The notes under the pieces are model-generated. The model made no database searches. It saw nothing but the letters and a program-made list of their open reading frames with translations, and was not told the origin of the DNA. Position numbers and translations under genes: made by a program. A stretch of 64,000 nucleotides of DNA from Waterburya sp. GTDB lineage: Bacteria; Cyanobacteriota; Cyanobacteriia; Cyanobacteriales; Xenococcaceae. Below, in pieces: positions 28,369 to 40,909 of this stretch (its first letter is position 1; every line of letters begins with the position of its first letter). The DNA lies in NCBI GenBank assembly GCA_965217895.1, contig CBDCJV010000002.1:3264001-3328000 (forward strand), in the 5' to 3' direction.

Positions 28369-30357
28369 CTAACTACTTTTAACTTCAGCGTGTTTTTCAA
28401 CTTCAGCCTGATAAGTTGGTAATTCAAACCAAAAAGTAGTACCCACCCCAACTTCACTATCAATATGAACTCTGCTGTTGTGCTTTTCAATTATATTTCT
28501 GACAATAGAAAGACCTAAACCAGTTCCTTCTAGAGTGTGAACCCGATTTTCTACTCTAAAGAAACGCTCAAAAATAGCCTCTTTATCTTCTTTAGAAATG
28601 CCGATTCCTGTATCCGTTACTTCTATTCTGACTGCTGGCTGGCGTAATGTGTTGGATTCAGCTTGAGTTGTATAAGCTCTAACCGTAACTTTTCCACCCG
28701 AATAAGTGAATTTTAAGCTATTACCCACAAGATTAGTGAGTACCTGTAGCAACAGATCGTAATTGCCCAATACAGCAGGCAAGTTGGACTCAAGTATCCG
28801 ATCTATTTCAATTCCTTTATCTTTGGCGTTTAGTTGACAGGTTCGTAAAGTCTGTTCTATGGGTTGAATCAAATCTACTTCACTAAGACTATAGGCGTGG
28901 GAAGATTCTAGACGAGATAAGTCCAAAACATCATTAACTAGACGAGTCAAACGATCTGTTTCGTGGTTAGCCGTATCTAAAAACTCTTTTCTTTGGACAT
29001 GAGTTAGATCCTCACCATATTCTGAGAGGGTTTCAATAAAAGACTTGATGTTAAACAAAGGAGTTCTTAATTCATGGGAAACGTTGCTGATGAATTGGCT
29101 TTTTGCTTCATTTAACTCCACTTCACGGGTAATATCTTGAACCGTCATGGCAATTCCTTTCACATTTTCGCTACCGCCATCAACAACTCGACGGAGCAAA
29201 ACCCGAATAGTTCTGGATACAGGTTTGTTTACAGTAATCCGAAATTCGTCTCTGGTGGGTAGAAAATGATGTTTTTCTGCTTCTGGAGAAATAGACTTTC
29301 CTGGTTCAACCTTGGTTTCTGGCTCAGTCTTGCTATCAATCATCTGATAAAGGGGTTTGGTTAGCTTAACCGTTAATTCTGAAGGCAGACGATGCAAAAC
29401 ATTTTCACCGATCGCCTCTTTTTCCCAACCAAAAATATTTCTAGCTGTAGGATTGGCTAAAATAATCCGCATTTCTGGATCGATTAACATTGCCCCATCG
29501 GCGATGGTAGATACTAAAGTTTCCAGCTTGGCTTTTTCTGAGGTTAATTCTTCAATATTTTGTTCTTCATATTTTTCTAGCTTCTCAGCCATTTGATTAA
29601 AGCTACCAATTAACTCTCCCAACTCGCCTCTCAAAGGCAGATCGATTCGTTGCTTAAAGTTTTTGGCAGCAATGTTTCTTACCCCTACCAATAGTTCTTT
29701 GATTGGTCTTGTGATCATTAAGGCATTAAATACATTGCCTAAAATTACCATTGCCCAGATCGTAATAAACACGGCAATAGTTACATCTCGCGTCAGGTTA
29801 GACGAAGCCACAATTGTCGGATTAGGATTGATGCCGACTGCCATTACCCCTAAATACCTATTTTTGTGTCGTAGAGGCACAAAAACGTCGGTTACTTGAC
29901 CGTTGGGTGTCTGATGTTGCCGCACAAAGGGCAGATCAATATTTGGATCGTAGTTGTCAGGTAGCTTGATGCGACGTTTGATCGTCAGAGAGTTTTGGAC
30001 TTCTGCCTGGGAATAGGGGATGCCAAAAAAGATACTCCCAGCGCGATCGGCATAGATTATATATCGAATGCTGGAGGTGCTGCGGTAAAAACGCTCGGAA
30101 AAATTTGCCAAACCTGTCAGGTCATCCTCAGCTACTAAGGGTGCTGCATTAGAAGCAATTAAGATGCTTAAATCACTTCCAAAGCGGGTGTCGTTGATAT
30201 TTGACTCTAGCTGGATTGTATTAACCGCCCAAAAAGTTATGCTGCTCATAATCAAAGAAACTATCAAGGTAGCAGCAGCCATCAACTTAGTCTGGAGGGT
30301 AAAATCAGACCACCACAGGGAGATAACTTCTTTGATTTTGGTAATGAAGGTCAGCAA
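28369..30357 (-). CDS. nblS: Sensor histidine kinase NblS/Hik33/DspA
   Basis: [18 protein letters not shown]-terminus, TM-HAMP-PAS-HisKA ([14 protein letters not shown])-HATPase; adjacent to purD. Confidence 0.93.
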   Translation of the reverse strand: MLTFITKIKEVISLWWSDFTLQTKLMAAATLIVSLIMSSITFWAVNTIQLESNINDTRFGSDLSILIASNAAPLVAEDDLTGLANFSERFYRSTSSIRYIIYADRAGSIFFGIPYSQAEVQNSLTIKRRIKLPDNYDPNIDLPFVRQHQTPNGQVTDVFVPLRHKNRYLGVMAVGINPNPTIVASSNLTRDVTIAVFITIWAMVILGNVFNALMITRPIKELLVGVRNIAAKNFKQRIDLPLRGELGELIGSFNQMAEKLEKYEEQNIEELTSEKAKLETLVSTIADGAMLIDPEMRIILANPTARNIFGWEKEAIGENVLHRLPSELTVKLTKPLYQMIDSKTEPETKVEPGKSISPEAEKHHFLPTRDEFRITVNKPVSRTIRVLLRRVVDGGSENVKGIAMTVQDITREVELNEAKSQFISNVSHELRTPLFNIKSFIETLSEYGEDLTHVQRKEFLDTANHETDRLTRLVNDVLDLSRLESSHAYSLSEVDLIQPIEQTLRTCQLNAKDKGIEIDRILESNLPAVLGNYDLLLQVLTNLVGNSLKFTYSGGKVTVRAYTTQAESNTLRQPAVRIEVTDTGIGISKEDKEAIFERFFRVENRVHTLEGTGLGLSIVRNIIEKHNSRVHIDSEVGVGTTFWFELPTYQAEVEKHAEVKSS

Positions 30358-30443
30358 TGTAATCAGTTTTAAATAAATATTAAGTTAAGTGAATTATAGT
30401 GTATTAACTGGGCTGACGAACAGAAAAGAAACATCATACACTT

Positions 30444-31706
30444 TTATTTTCTATATTCATGCCCAATATCGCGACGGTAATACATTCCCTCAAACTGAAT
30501 TGATTCTACAGCGTCATATACAGAAGCGATCGCCTGTTCAAAATTATCTCCAATAGCAGTAATTCCCAGCACTCTACCACCGTCGGTAAGAATTTCTGCT
30601 TGCTCTAGTTTTGTGCCTGCATGAAATACTATTGCTCCTTTATTGGTAGCTTCAATAATACCAGCGATCGCCATGCCTTTTTTGTAAGCATCGGGATAGC
30701 CTCCAGAAGCAGCTACCACGCATACTGCACTGCCTGCTTTGGTTTTGATTGGCGGTAATTGTGATAATTTTTGTTCGACACAGGCAAGTAAAATCTCATC
30801 TAAAGGCATATCTAAAAGAGGTAATACTACCTGAGTCTCAGGATCGCCAAAACGACAGTTAAATTCAATTACTTTTGGTTCACCTGCGGGGGTAATCATC
30901 AAGCCTGCATACAGTACTCCGCAATAATCAATCTTATTTTGCTTGAGAATATTTAAAGTAGGCTGCAAGATTTCTTGTTCAATTCTTGTCATTAACTCTG
31001 GCGTTACTAATGGCACAGGAGAATAAGCACCCATTCCGCCCGTATTTTTGCCCGTATCTCCCTCACCGATCCGTTTATGATCCTGGGCGGGAGAGAGGGG
31101 ACGAATAGTTTTGCCGTCGGTAACTGCCAAAACCGATACTTCTGAACCTGTGAGAAATTCTTCGATGACCAATTTATTAGAGTTATCCCCTAGTAACTCT
31201 TCTACCGCTGCGATCGCCTCTTCCATAGTAGTTGCCACAATTACCCCTTTCCCCGCAGCCAAACCATCAGCTTTGACCACAATCGGCACACCTTGGGCGC
31301 GAATATAATCTTTGGCAGCAGCAGCATTAGTGAAAGTCTTCGACTTGGCGGTGGGGACATTTGCCTGAGTCATGATTTCTTTTGCCCAAGACTTGCTCGA
31401 TTCTATCTGTGCGCCTTCCTTCGTCGGTCCAAAAACAGCAATATTGCGCGCGCGTAAATGATCGACAATTCCCAAAGATAAAGGTACTTCTGGTCCTACT
31501 ACCACTAAAGAAATTTGATTTGCTGTTACTGCATCAACAATACCTGCAAAATCATCTACAGCTAAAGTTAAGTTGTGGCAATTTGCCATAGTTGCAGTGC
31601 CACCATTGCCAGGAGTACAAAAAACTTGGTCTACGCTAGGAGATTGTAATAATGTCCAGGCTAGGGTATGTTCTCTTCCACCATTGCCCACTACTAATAC
31701 TTTCAT
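30444..31706 (-). CDS. purD: Phosphoribosylamine-glycine ligase
   Basis: MKVLVVGNGGREH, KADGLAAGKGV, QDHKR, NTGGMGAYSP and EFNCRFGDPE; start at ATG 31706. Confidence 0.97.
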   Translation of the reverse strand: MKVLVVGNGGREHTLAWTLLQSPSVDQVFCTPGNGGTATMANCHNLTLAVDDFAGIVDAVTANQISLVVVGPEVPLSLGIVDHLRARNIAVFGPTKEGAQIESSKSWAKEIMTQANVPTAKSKTFTNAAAAKDYIRAQGVPIVVKADGLAAGKGVIVATTMEEAIAAVEELLGDNSNKLVIEEFLTGSEVSVLAVTDGKTIRPLSPAQDHKRIGEGDTGKNTGGMGAYSPVPLVTPELMTRIEQEILQPTLNILKQNKIDYCGVLYAGLMITPAGEPKVIEFNCRFGDPETQVVLPLLDMPLDEILLACVEQKLSQLPPIKTKAGSAVCVVAASGGYPDAYKKGMAIAGIIEATNKGAIVFHAGTKLEQAEILTDGGRVLGITAIGDNFEQAIASVYDAVESIQFEGMYYRRDIGHEYRK

Positions 31707-31808
31707 ATATTTAGGATAACTACTACGCAAGTATGTAATTATCTCACGGGTGTTGGTTATTAAACCGCATCCAGTTTAAAACCAGGAGTTTTTAAGTTGA
31801 CTGTTCGT

Positions 31809-31983
31809 AAGTAGCAAGTATCAAGTAGCAAGTATCAAGTAGCAAGTATCAAGTAGCAAGTAGCAAGTATCAAGTAGCAAGTATCAAGTAGCAAGTAGCA
31901 AGTATCAAGTAGCAAGTATCAAGTATCAAGTAGCAAGTATCAAGTAGCAAGTATCAAGTAGCAAGTATCAAGTATCAAGTAGA
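31809..31983 (+). repeat. Tandem array of 25 heptamers (AAGTAGC / AAGTATC)
   Basis: 24 perfect units of two variants plus a final AAGTAGA, read directly. Confidence 0.97.
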
Positions 31984-32177
31984 AATTATATCCTGCTGTT
32001 TGACTAGCTCAATCTCCGATTCGAAAACTACGGTTTTCTATGTAGACGGGGTTTAATTACGCATAATATAGTTAAAATCGCTTGAATTTAATTTAAATAA
32101 CAAATCTTTCTATTCACAGATATAGATTTTTTATAAGATGAAAAAAGAAAGTTAATTCACATCAGGCATAAAATACA

Positions 32178-32909
32178 ATGTCTTTCACTACAAAAGTAGC
32201 TTTAATAGGTGACTATAACCCATCTGTTACAGCCCATATTGCTATTCCTAAAGCGATCGCGATCGCCAGCCAAGAAAATAACCAAAGTGTTGAAGGTGTC
32301 TGGGTAGAGACAAAAAATTTGTCAGGGAATATCGATCATCTTTTAGCTGAATATTCAGGTATCTGGTGTGTTCCTGCAAGTCCTTATAAAAACGTCGATG
32401 GTGCATTATCAGCAATACAATACGCTCGCAAGAGAAAAATTCCTTTCTTGGGAACTTGTGGCGGCTATCAACACGCAATCTTGGAATATGCACGATATTT
32501 AGGATTTGCCGAGGCTGATAGTGTTGAGGTTAATCCTGACGCATCTATGCCATTGATTGCTCCCCTTTCCTGTGCCTTAATTGAAGCGAACGGAAATATT
32601 CTATTTTCTGCTGAATCGCAAGTAAGGCAATTATATGGCACGACTAAAGCAGTAGAAAAATATCGCTGTAGCTATGGCTTAAACGTTGAGTATCTATCAA
32701 TATTTGCCGAAAGTGATTTAGTTGTTGCTGGTGTCGATTCTCAAGGAGATCCACGAGTAATTGAATTAAAAAATCATCCATTTTTTATTGGCACAGGTTA
32801 TCAGCCCGAAAGATCTGCATTATCAGATCAAAGACATCCACTAATCACCGCTTTTGTAAAGGCGATTATTGCACAGCAAGCAAATGTTTTTAATCTCAGA
32901 AGCTATTAG
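32178..32909 (+). CDS. Stand-alone CTP-synthase-like class I glutamine amidotransferase
   Basis: ALIGDY, PFLGTCGGYQH (nucleophile Cys), YRCSYG, HPFFIGTGYQPER; no synthetase domain. Confidence 0.85.
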   Translation: MSFTTKVALIGDYNPSVTAHIAIPKAIAIASQENNQSVEGVWVETKNLSGNIDHLLAEYSGIWCVPASPYKNVDGALSAIQYARKRKIPFLGTCGGYQHAILEYARYLGFAEADSVEVNPDASMPLIAPLSCALIEANGNILFSAESQVRQLYGTTKAVEKYRCSYGLNVEYLSIFAESDLVVAGVDSQGDPRVIELKNHPFFIGTGYQPERSALSDQRHPLITAFVKAIIAQQANVFNLRSY

Positions 32910-32966
32910 CTGAAAACCAGTTGATTAACAACGTAAGTCCATCTAATTGAAAACTGCCGTAAAACT

Positions 32967-33614
32967 ATGATTCGTGTGTTGTTAGTAGACGATCAAAGTA
33001 TTGTGCGGGAAGGGTTATCCAGCCTTTTACAGACTCATCCCGATCTAGAAATTGTTGGCGAAGCAGAAAATGGTCAGTCAGCAGTAGAACAGGCGATCGC
33101 TTTACAGCCAGACGTGATTTTAATGGATATCCGAATGCCAATCATGGACGGAGTAGCAGCAATTCGCATTCTTCAAAAACAAGCACCAAAGATAAAAATA
33201 TTGGTCTTAACTACTTTTGATGACGATCAATACGTTACTCAAGCGATCGCACATGGCGCGCAAGGCTATTTACTCAAAGATACCCCTTCAGCAGAATTAG
33301 CTCAGGCTATTCGCTTGGTTAATAAAGGCTATAGTCAAATGGGACCAGGATTATTAGCTAAAGCTATGAATAATTCTTCTCTTCCACCAAAGCCTGATGC
33401 TATTTCCAGTATCCCTCCAGAATTTGCTCTGTTAACCATCAGAGAAAAAGAAGTACTGCAATTAATTGCTACAGGACATAGTAACAAGGAAATTGCAGCC
33501 AAGCTATATATTACAGAGCGAACTGTCAAAAATCATGTCAACAGTATTTTACGCTCTTTGGATTTACGCGATCGCACTCAAGCTGCTATCTTTGCCAATA
33601 GTTTTCAACCCTAA
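32967..33614 (+). CDS. NarL/LuxR family response regulator
   Basis: REC domain (LVDD, LMDIRMP, YLLK) plus LuxR HTH (LT.RE.EVL, SNKEIA, TVKNH). Confidence 0.93.
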   Translation: MIRVLLVDDQSIVREGLSSLLQTHPDLEIVGEAENGQSAVEQAIALQPDVILMDIRMPIMDGVAAIRILQKQAPKIKILVLTTFDDDQYVTQAIAHGAQGYLLKDTPSAELAQAIRLVNKGYSQMGPGLLAKAMNNSSLPPKPDAISSIPPEFALLTIREKEVLQLIATGHSNKEIAAKLYITERTVKNHVNSILRSLDLRDRTQAAIFANSFQP

Positions 33615-34167
33615 TTTTTAGCAAACTTTATATATGTTGATATTTAAGAGCCGATTGCCAAAAAATTAACTCTTCGTTACTTAAAAAAAATCTCGATCTT
33701 TAATCAACCAGAAATTAGCGAGTATTCACGGAGATTGCTGGTGTTGTGATCGCTATAACTACTATATACCCGACAGCTTTTTAAAGACTATAGGCTATAT
33801 TTATCAGTGCTTTAAGCTAATTCTCATCTTAAAGCTGCTTTAGTTAGGGAGTTTACCAGTAATTTAACTTTTTATTTAATAATCTATTTTTTTGTCTTTT
33901 GTCTTTATTTATTATAAATAAGATCGTAAAATTTGCTTTTTAGTTCTTATTAGGTTTTTAGGAAGTATTAAGCCTTTCCAAAGCGAATATAAAATTATAT
34001 AATCTTAAATACTCTTTGCAGAGATAGTTTTTAAAGATAAACAGCCTTTATTTTCTGGTTCAATTAGCTCATAATGCAGACATGGATGTAAAACCAGATA
34101 CAAAAATTACGTTCTTGGCGATCGCGCTTAAATAAACTCTTATATTAAGAAGCAAGGAGAAACAAAC

Positions 34168-35046
34168 GTGGGTCAAATAAGATTAGCAGTTTACGGCAAA
34201 GGCGGAATCGGTAAATCTACAACTAGCTGCAACATTTCCGCAGCCTTGGCAAAGAGAGGCAAGAAAGTATTACAAATTGGCTGCGATCCTAAACACGACA
34301 GCACCTTTACCCTGACAGGATTTTTGATTCCTACCATTATTGATACGCTTCAAGAAAAAGACTTTCATTATGAAGACATTTGGCCTGAAGATGTAATCTA
34401 TGAGGGTTATGGTGGGGTTAGCTGTGTAGAAGCTGGTGGTCCTCCTGCTGGTGCTGGTTGCGGTGGCTATGTAGTGGGCGAAACCGTCAAGCTACTTAAA
34501 GAATTAAACGCTTTTGATGAGTATGACGTTATTTTATTTGATGTCTTAGGTGACGTTGTATGTGGTGGCTTTGCTGCACCGCTTAACTACGCTGACTACT
34601 GCATGATTGTTACTGATAATGGCTTTGATGCTTTGTTTGCAGCCAACCGTATTGCTGCTTCAGTTAGAGAAAAAGCTCGTACCCATTCTCTACGTCTAGC
34701 GGGTTTAATTGGTAATCGGACTTCCAAGCGGGACTTGATTGACAAGTACATCGAACACGTACCTATGCCTGTGTTGGAGATCTTGCCCTTAATTGAAGAT
34801 ATTCGCGTATCTCGTGTTAAAGGTAAAACTTTGTTTGAAATGGCAGAAAGCGATCCTTCTTTGGCTTACGTCTGTGATTACTATCTCAACATTGCCGATC
34901 AGGTTTTGGCTGCACCAGAAGGAATTGTCCCTAACGAAGCGCAAGACAGAGACTTGTTCTCTTTGTTGTCTGATTACTATTTAAATCCCCCCGCAGCTAA
35001 AGCAGACAAAGCAGATAAAGAAGAATTAGACATGATGATGGTTTAA
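34168..35046 (+). CDS. chlL: Dark-operative protochlorophyllide reductase Fe protein
   Basis: [26 protein letters not shown] and [11 protein letters not shown]. Confidence 0.97.
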   Translation: MGQIRLAVYGKGGIGKSTTSCNISAALAKRGKKVLQIGCDPKHDSTFTLTGFLIPTIIDTLQEKDFHYEDIWPEDVIYEGYGGVSCVEAGGPPAGAGCGGYVVGETVKLLKELNAFDEYDVILFDVLGDVVCGGFAAPLNYADYCMIVTDNGFDALFAANRIAASVREKARTHSLRLAGLIGNRTSKRDLIDKYIEHVPMPVLEILPLIEDIRVSRVKGKTLFEMAESDPSLAYVCDYYLNIADQVLAAPEGIVPNEAQDRDLFSLLSDYYLNPPAAKADKADKEELDMMMV

Positions 35047-35289
35047 GTCATTGAACATTTACCATTGAACATTTATCATTGGCGATCGATTATCAATAAA
35101 TAATTAGAACAGTAGGGTGGGCAATAAAATAACTTTGTAATTCAAGAATCTATATCCTCTTGCCCACCGATTTGATCGCGATTTAACTTAGAGATGCAAT
35201 ATGTCGTGTCTCTCTAAAAATTATCTTTAACTTCAAAGTCAATTCTGGGAAAAATAAATTTATACAACAATTTATGATTTCAGAGGAAA

Positions 35290-37100
<1,811 letters not shown>

Positions 37101-37124
37101 TAATCAAAATTTAGCTCAAATTAA

Positions 37125-37161
37125 AAGGCGATCGCTATCAAATATTGATAGCGATCGCCTT
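37125..37161. terminator. Perfect 17-bp hairpin between convergent genes (probable bidirectional terminator)
   Basis: AAGGCGATCGCTATCAA-ATA-TTGATAGCGATCGCCTT; each arm contains a HIP1 site. Confidence 0.7.
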
Positions 37162-37243
37162 AACTATGGGATGTCCTAACAAAGTAATGAAGTGTTGTAG
37201 TAATGCCACTTATTTATTTATTGTGCAACGCCATTTTATACTA

Positions 37244-38572
37244 TTAAAAGAGCGATCGCTCTTTTAAACTCAAACTTTGTTCCATTATTTTTAATGCTGT
37301 ATGCAGATTAGCTTGCGTCCATAAAAGCGGTGTAGCATCATTGGGAATATATTTATCTTGGTTTAGAAAATACAGTTCAGGACATTTAAATCCGCCAACC
37401 TGAGTGTCTGTTGCTGTTAATTGTCCCAGGGAACGATTGAGATAAAAGGTTTGTTTCTCTAAATACTTTGTTTGCTGAGTTTTCTGAAATCTAACTCCAT
37501 ATATAGCTGAAATAATCGGCTCAAAGATACACCATTGAGCCTCTTCTCCCTGTTTTAATCCCCGTCCTTTTTCCTCCAGCCATTGTTCTCGATCTGTGGA
37601 GATACTGGTACGGATATTTTCAGGAAGATCGGTATAGTTGCGACACCAAAAAGAATCATTGAGATAGCGAGAAATACCATACTTACCCTGTAAGTTTTTG
37701 ATTACGTCAGCAATAATAGGATTGCTGATGGCATCATCTAAAGTGTCTAATGGATAAATCAAGAACAGTAACGCAGCATCGTAACGCCTTTGCTTTTCTG
37801 GCTGAATAGACTCAGAAGGCAAAATTTTTGCTAGTGCATCAATGCCTTTTTGAATTAAATTATCTAAAAATTTGAGCGTAACTATTCGATCTTGATACTG
37901 GCAAGAAGTGGATATTAATAAGTTTTCTCTAAATAACTTGCCAAAACTCTTAAGACTGGCAACTACAACCCCAATACTAGAAGCCGAAATCTTACGATCT
38001 TCTTCCCAATGACCACTATCTTCATCTTGCCAATAGGCGATCGCCTTAAAGTATAAAGGAAACAGCGTCAAAATTGCTAGTTCTTCTAAACTTGGCTGCA
38101 AAGCTTTGTCAGCAATTAATCGACAGTAAAACCATAAAAAATAACCTAAAGCATCATTTTGAGCGTGTTGCCAATCTTGGTCTATTTCGGTCAAATCTGC
38201 GCCATTAAAGCGAATGTGAGGACGCTGCATGACATGATCTGGATTTATCTCACCATCAATAATCCTTGTAAAACGCTGTTGATGTTGGCTAAAATACTGC
38301 ATCAAACAGCGAAGGCATTTGAGGGCAACATCAGTTTTCCCTGCAAGATAATGAGAGTGAGCAACATAAATATTGTCTCGCACCCATACCGCAGCATATC
38401 CAGTATATTGCGTAGAGTCTAAAACTTGTGCAGCAGGGAATAGACCATTATCTAGGGTAGAAAATGTCAAAGTTCCTCGATCTTGCAATAGCAAAATCAA
38501 ATTTTGTAGATCTGATAATTTGTAGTCTGTTTTGACTAATCGAGCAACTTCATTGTTGTGGATATAGGGCAT
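37244..38572 (-). CDS. GH15-like / phosphorylase kinase alpha-beta-like protein
   Basis: GLFPA, VWVRDN, WQHAQNDA, DSGHWEE, DAALLFLIYP, GISRYLND and PLLWTQANL; probable start MPYIH at 38572. Confidence 0.8.
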   Translation of the reverse strand: MPYIHNNEVARLVKTDYKLSDLQNLILLLQDRGTLTFSTLDNGLFPAAQVLDSTQYTGYAAVWVRDNIYVAHSHYLAGKTDVALKCLRCLMQYFSQHQQRFTRIIDGEINPDHVMQRPHIRFNGADLTEIDQDWQHAQNDALGYFLWFYCRLIADKALQPSLEELAILTLFPLYFKAIAYWQDEDSGHWEEDRKISASSIGVVVASLKSFGKLFRENLLISTSCQYQDRIVTLKFLDNLIQKGIDALAKILPSESIQPEKQRRYDAALLFLIYPLDTLDDAISNPIIADVIKNLQGKYGISRYLNDSFWCRNYTDLPENIRTSISTDREQWLEEKGRGLKQGEEAQWCIFEPIISAIYGVRFQKTQQTKYLEKQTFYLNRSLGQLTATDTQVGGFKCPELYFLNQDKYIPNDATPLLWTQANLHTALKIMEQSLSLKERSLF

Positions 38573-38630
38573 AAAATTGATTGCTCCAGAAGCGATCGCA
38601 TTTGTAATTAAAGTTACCGAATTAGGCAAT

Positions 38631-38844
38631 ACGCCTAATGTGAATTGACTTTTTGACTATCAGCTTATAAAAAGTCCAATTGAGTGAAATCATGATTAAT
38701 GTTTACGGAAGGGGTTTGGGGAGGGTCGTCACGTCCCCAACAGGGGGTCTGGGGGAAAGTTCCCCCAGTATTATATTTTGGTTTTTACAGACGAATTTTG
38801 AATAAAAATAGAAAAATCAGCTTTTTTTAATTCACATTAGACGT
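38631..38844. mobile_element. 214-bp MITE with 16-bp TIRs and a 5-bp target duplication
   Basis: ACGCCTAATGTGAATT ... AATTCACATTAGACGT (1 mismatch), flanked on both sides by GCAAT; internal GC-rich hairpins at 38709-38768. Confidence 0.85.
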
Positions 38845-38941
38845 GCAATATAAATCGATAAGTTGGTTACCTATTATCTCGGCTTCACAGATTAATTAGT
38901 ACTTAACATCAGTTAATTATTTTACCTCTATCGCCAAAAAA

Positions 38942-39790
38942 TTAGGCAATAATTTTATTTTTAAATCCTTTAGCATATTGTCTTGGAGTCACTCCAACAA
39001 TGCGTTTGAAATGCCGATGTAAATGGCTTTGGTCGCTAAAGCCTGTCTCAACAGCAACATCAACAATAGACATTCCCATCGCCAATAATTTTTTAGCTTG
39101 AGTAACGCGCAGTTGCACTAAATAAGCATGAGGAGGTAAGCCAAGTGCTTTACGAAATACTCGCAGCAGACGCAGAGGTTTAAGATTAACCAGATCGCAA
39201 AGCTGTTCTAAAGAAATATTTTCGCCATAATTAGCTTTTAAATATTCTTGCGTGCTTCTAACGGCAGCAACTTCCGATCTAATAGGTTTAATTAGCGGTG
39301 GTGCTTGAGCATATTTGCTAATTAACTGAGCAAAAGTCCCAAGAAAAAGCGATTCTTTTTCTAGTTGGGAAGTAGAATTTTCTAAACACAAATGCAAGTA
39401 TCTCAGGTGTGCAGCAAGCTGTATATCTTGAATTACGGGATTGGGAAAATAGGGCAGAGGCTGAAAACGATCTGCCAGTTCTGATGCTGCTTTTTGAAGA
39501 ATTTGAGTTTCGGGATAAAACATTCGATAAGTCCAACCAGATTTAGTAACCGCGTGTCCTGTATGGACTTCACCTGGATGAACGATGACAATACTACTAG
39601 GAGGTGCAGCGTGGTTAGCACCCTGATAGCGAAAGCCTTCAATTCCTGCTTCAATTACGCCAATGGCATAGCCTTCGTGAGTATGTCGCGAAAAAGTATG
39701 GTCGATATAGGTTGCTCGTAATAATTCCAAATTGCCTAAAGAGCGATCGCACCAAAACTTGGCTTTTTCCTGATGGGGTTGAGATTTCAT
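38942..39790 (-). CDS. AraC family transcriptional regulator
   Basis: Cupin FSRHTHEGY/PGEVH plus GFSDQSHLHRHFKRIVGVTP. Confidence 0.93.
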   Translation of the reverse strand: MKSQPHQEKAKFWCDRSLGNLELLRATYIDHTFSRHTHEGYAIGVIEAGIEGFRYQGANHAAPPSSIVIVHPGEVHTGHAVTKSGWTYRMFYPETQILQKAASELADRFQPLPYFPNPVIQDIQLAAHLRYLHLCLENSTSQLEKESLFLGTFAQLISKYAQAPPLIKPIRSEVAAVRSTQEYLKANYGENISLEQLCDLVNLKPLRLLRVFRKALGLPPHAYLVQLRVTQAKKLLAMGMSIVDVAVETGFSDQSHLHRHFKRIVGVTPRQYAKGFKNKIIA

Positions 39791-39884
39791 CTAAATAAAA
39801 GAATTATTAGATTCTAAATCTATTTTGCTCTATAGGGTTCAATCCTGTCTTGTACGTTTTTGCAGATGAAAAAATATTATTTCA

Positions 39885-40451
39885 TCAGTTAGCAGTTTTC
39901 AATAGTAGTTCATTAGTTGCAATAACCGTAGCAAACTCTTGATGTAAATTAGCCAAAGATACATCATGTATTTCTGCTGCTGAATATAGTTTTCCGCTTG
40001 GTGCTTTTCTATTGAATGTCGCTGTTGCATCTGAGACAACAAAAGTCTGAAAATCAAGATTGCCAGCCATACGCGCTGTTGTTGAAATACAATGATTAGT
40101 AGTTAGACCAACAATTACCAATGAATCAATTGCGCGATCGCGAAAATGCTGTTCTAATTCAGTTCCAATAAAAGCACTATTCACCGTTTTCTGTATTATC
40201 AGTTCGTCTTGATGTGGACGAGCAATTTCTTTAAATTCAGAGCCAGGCTGATTGGGTTTTAAGGGGGAATTTGGTTCGGTAGATAGATGCTGAATGTCGA
40301 TAATTGGTCTTTTTAACTCTCGCCAATGTTGGAGTAGTTTTTGAATATTCTCTTCGGCATGGGGATTATTTCTTTGTCCCCATTTTGGGTCATCAAACCC
40401 CACTTGAACATCTATAATTAACAACGCAGTATTTTGCGATAACTTTTGCAT
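39885..40451 (-). CDS. Cysteine hydrolase / isochorismatase family
   Basis: LLIIDVQ, KTVNSAF and TNHCISTTAR give the Asp-Lys-Cys triad. Confidence 0.92.
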   Translation of the reverse strand: MQKLSQNTALLIIDVQVGFDDPKWGQRNNPHAEENIQKLLQHWRELKRPIIDIQHLSTEPNSPLKPNQPGSEFKEIARPHQDELIIQKTVNSAFIGTELEQHFRDRAIDSLVIVGLTTNHCISTTARMAGNLDFQTFVVSDATATFNRKAPSGKLYSAAEIHDVSLANLHQEFATVIATNELLLKTAN

Positions 40452-40490
40452 CTTATTTTATCGATCTAATTTTAGATCGAGCATTTGACT

Positions 40491-40810
40491 TTAATACTGA
40501 AGTCGAGCGAACATTTTGCTAACAAGTTTAGTTATTTTTTCTAGTCCTTGTTCTTCAACAGAAGCAAATTCTGTCATACTAAAGCCTACCAAGTTAGAGC
40601 AACTCGATAGTTGTTCTAACAGTTCGCTCAATAATTTTAGGCTTAATCCATTTTTCACAGGACATTTAGTACGCAAGCAAATTTGGCTTTATCTTGTAAA
40701 CGCTCGTGTATCAGCATCGCACCAGAATAAAGCTCGTTTGTTATTCCCGAACCTTGCCACTGGGGAAATAATAAGTTTAGAGTTTTTTGAAGGTTAGTTG
40801 TTTGAATCAT
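40491..40810 (-). pseudogene. Arginase-family gene with a large internal deletion
   Basis: ATG 40810 MIQTTNLQKTLNLLFPQWQGSG...ELYSGA (N-terminus) joined out of frame near 40670 to TKCPVKNGLSLKLLSELL...LVGFSMTEF (C-terminus); the metal-binding core is missing. Confidence 0.65.
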
Positions 40811-40909
40811 TAAACGTCCCGATGCGAGTTCTGAAACTGTTTAAATTTAGCTTCTTTTTTTAAAGCGGGTTTCTAGAATTTAGATTCAATATTCAGTGTA
40901 CACTTGCTG

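Noticed and set aside
31809..31983. Possible CRISPR array
   Set aside because: Contiguous 7-bp units with no unique spacers and no cas genes; it is a tandem repeat.
32178..32909. Truncated pyrG pseudogene
   Set aside because: Has its own start and stop and fits the known stand-alone CTP-synthase-like GATase family.
33615..34167. ncRNA or tRNA in long intergenic regions (also 19550-20402 and 46803-47288)
   Set aside because: No cloverleaf or recognisable structured RNA motif by eye; a covariance-model search would be needed to exclude one.
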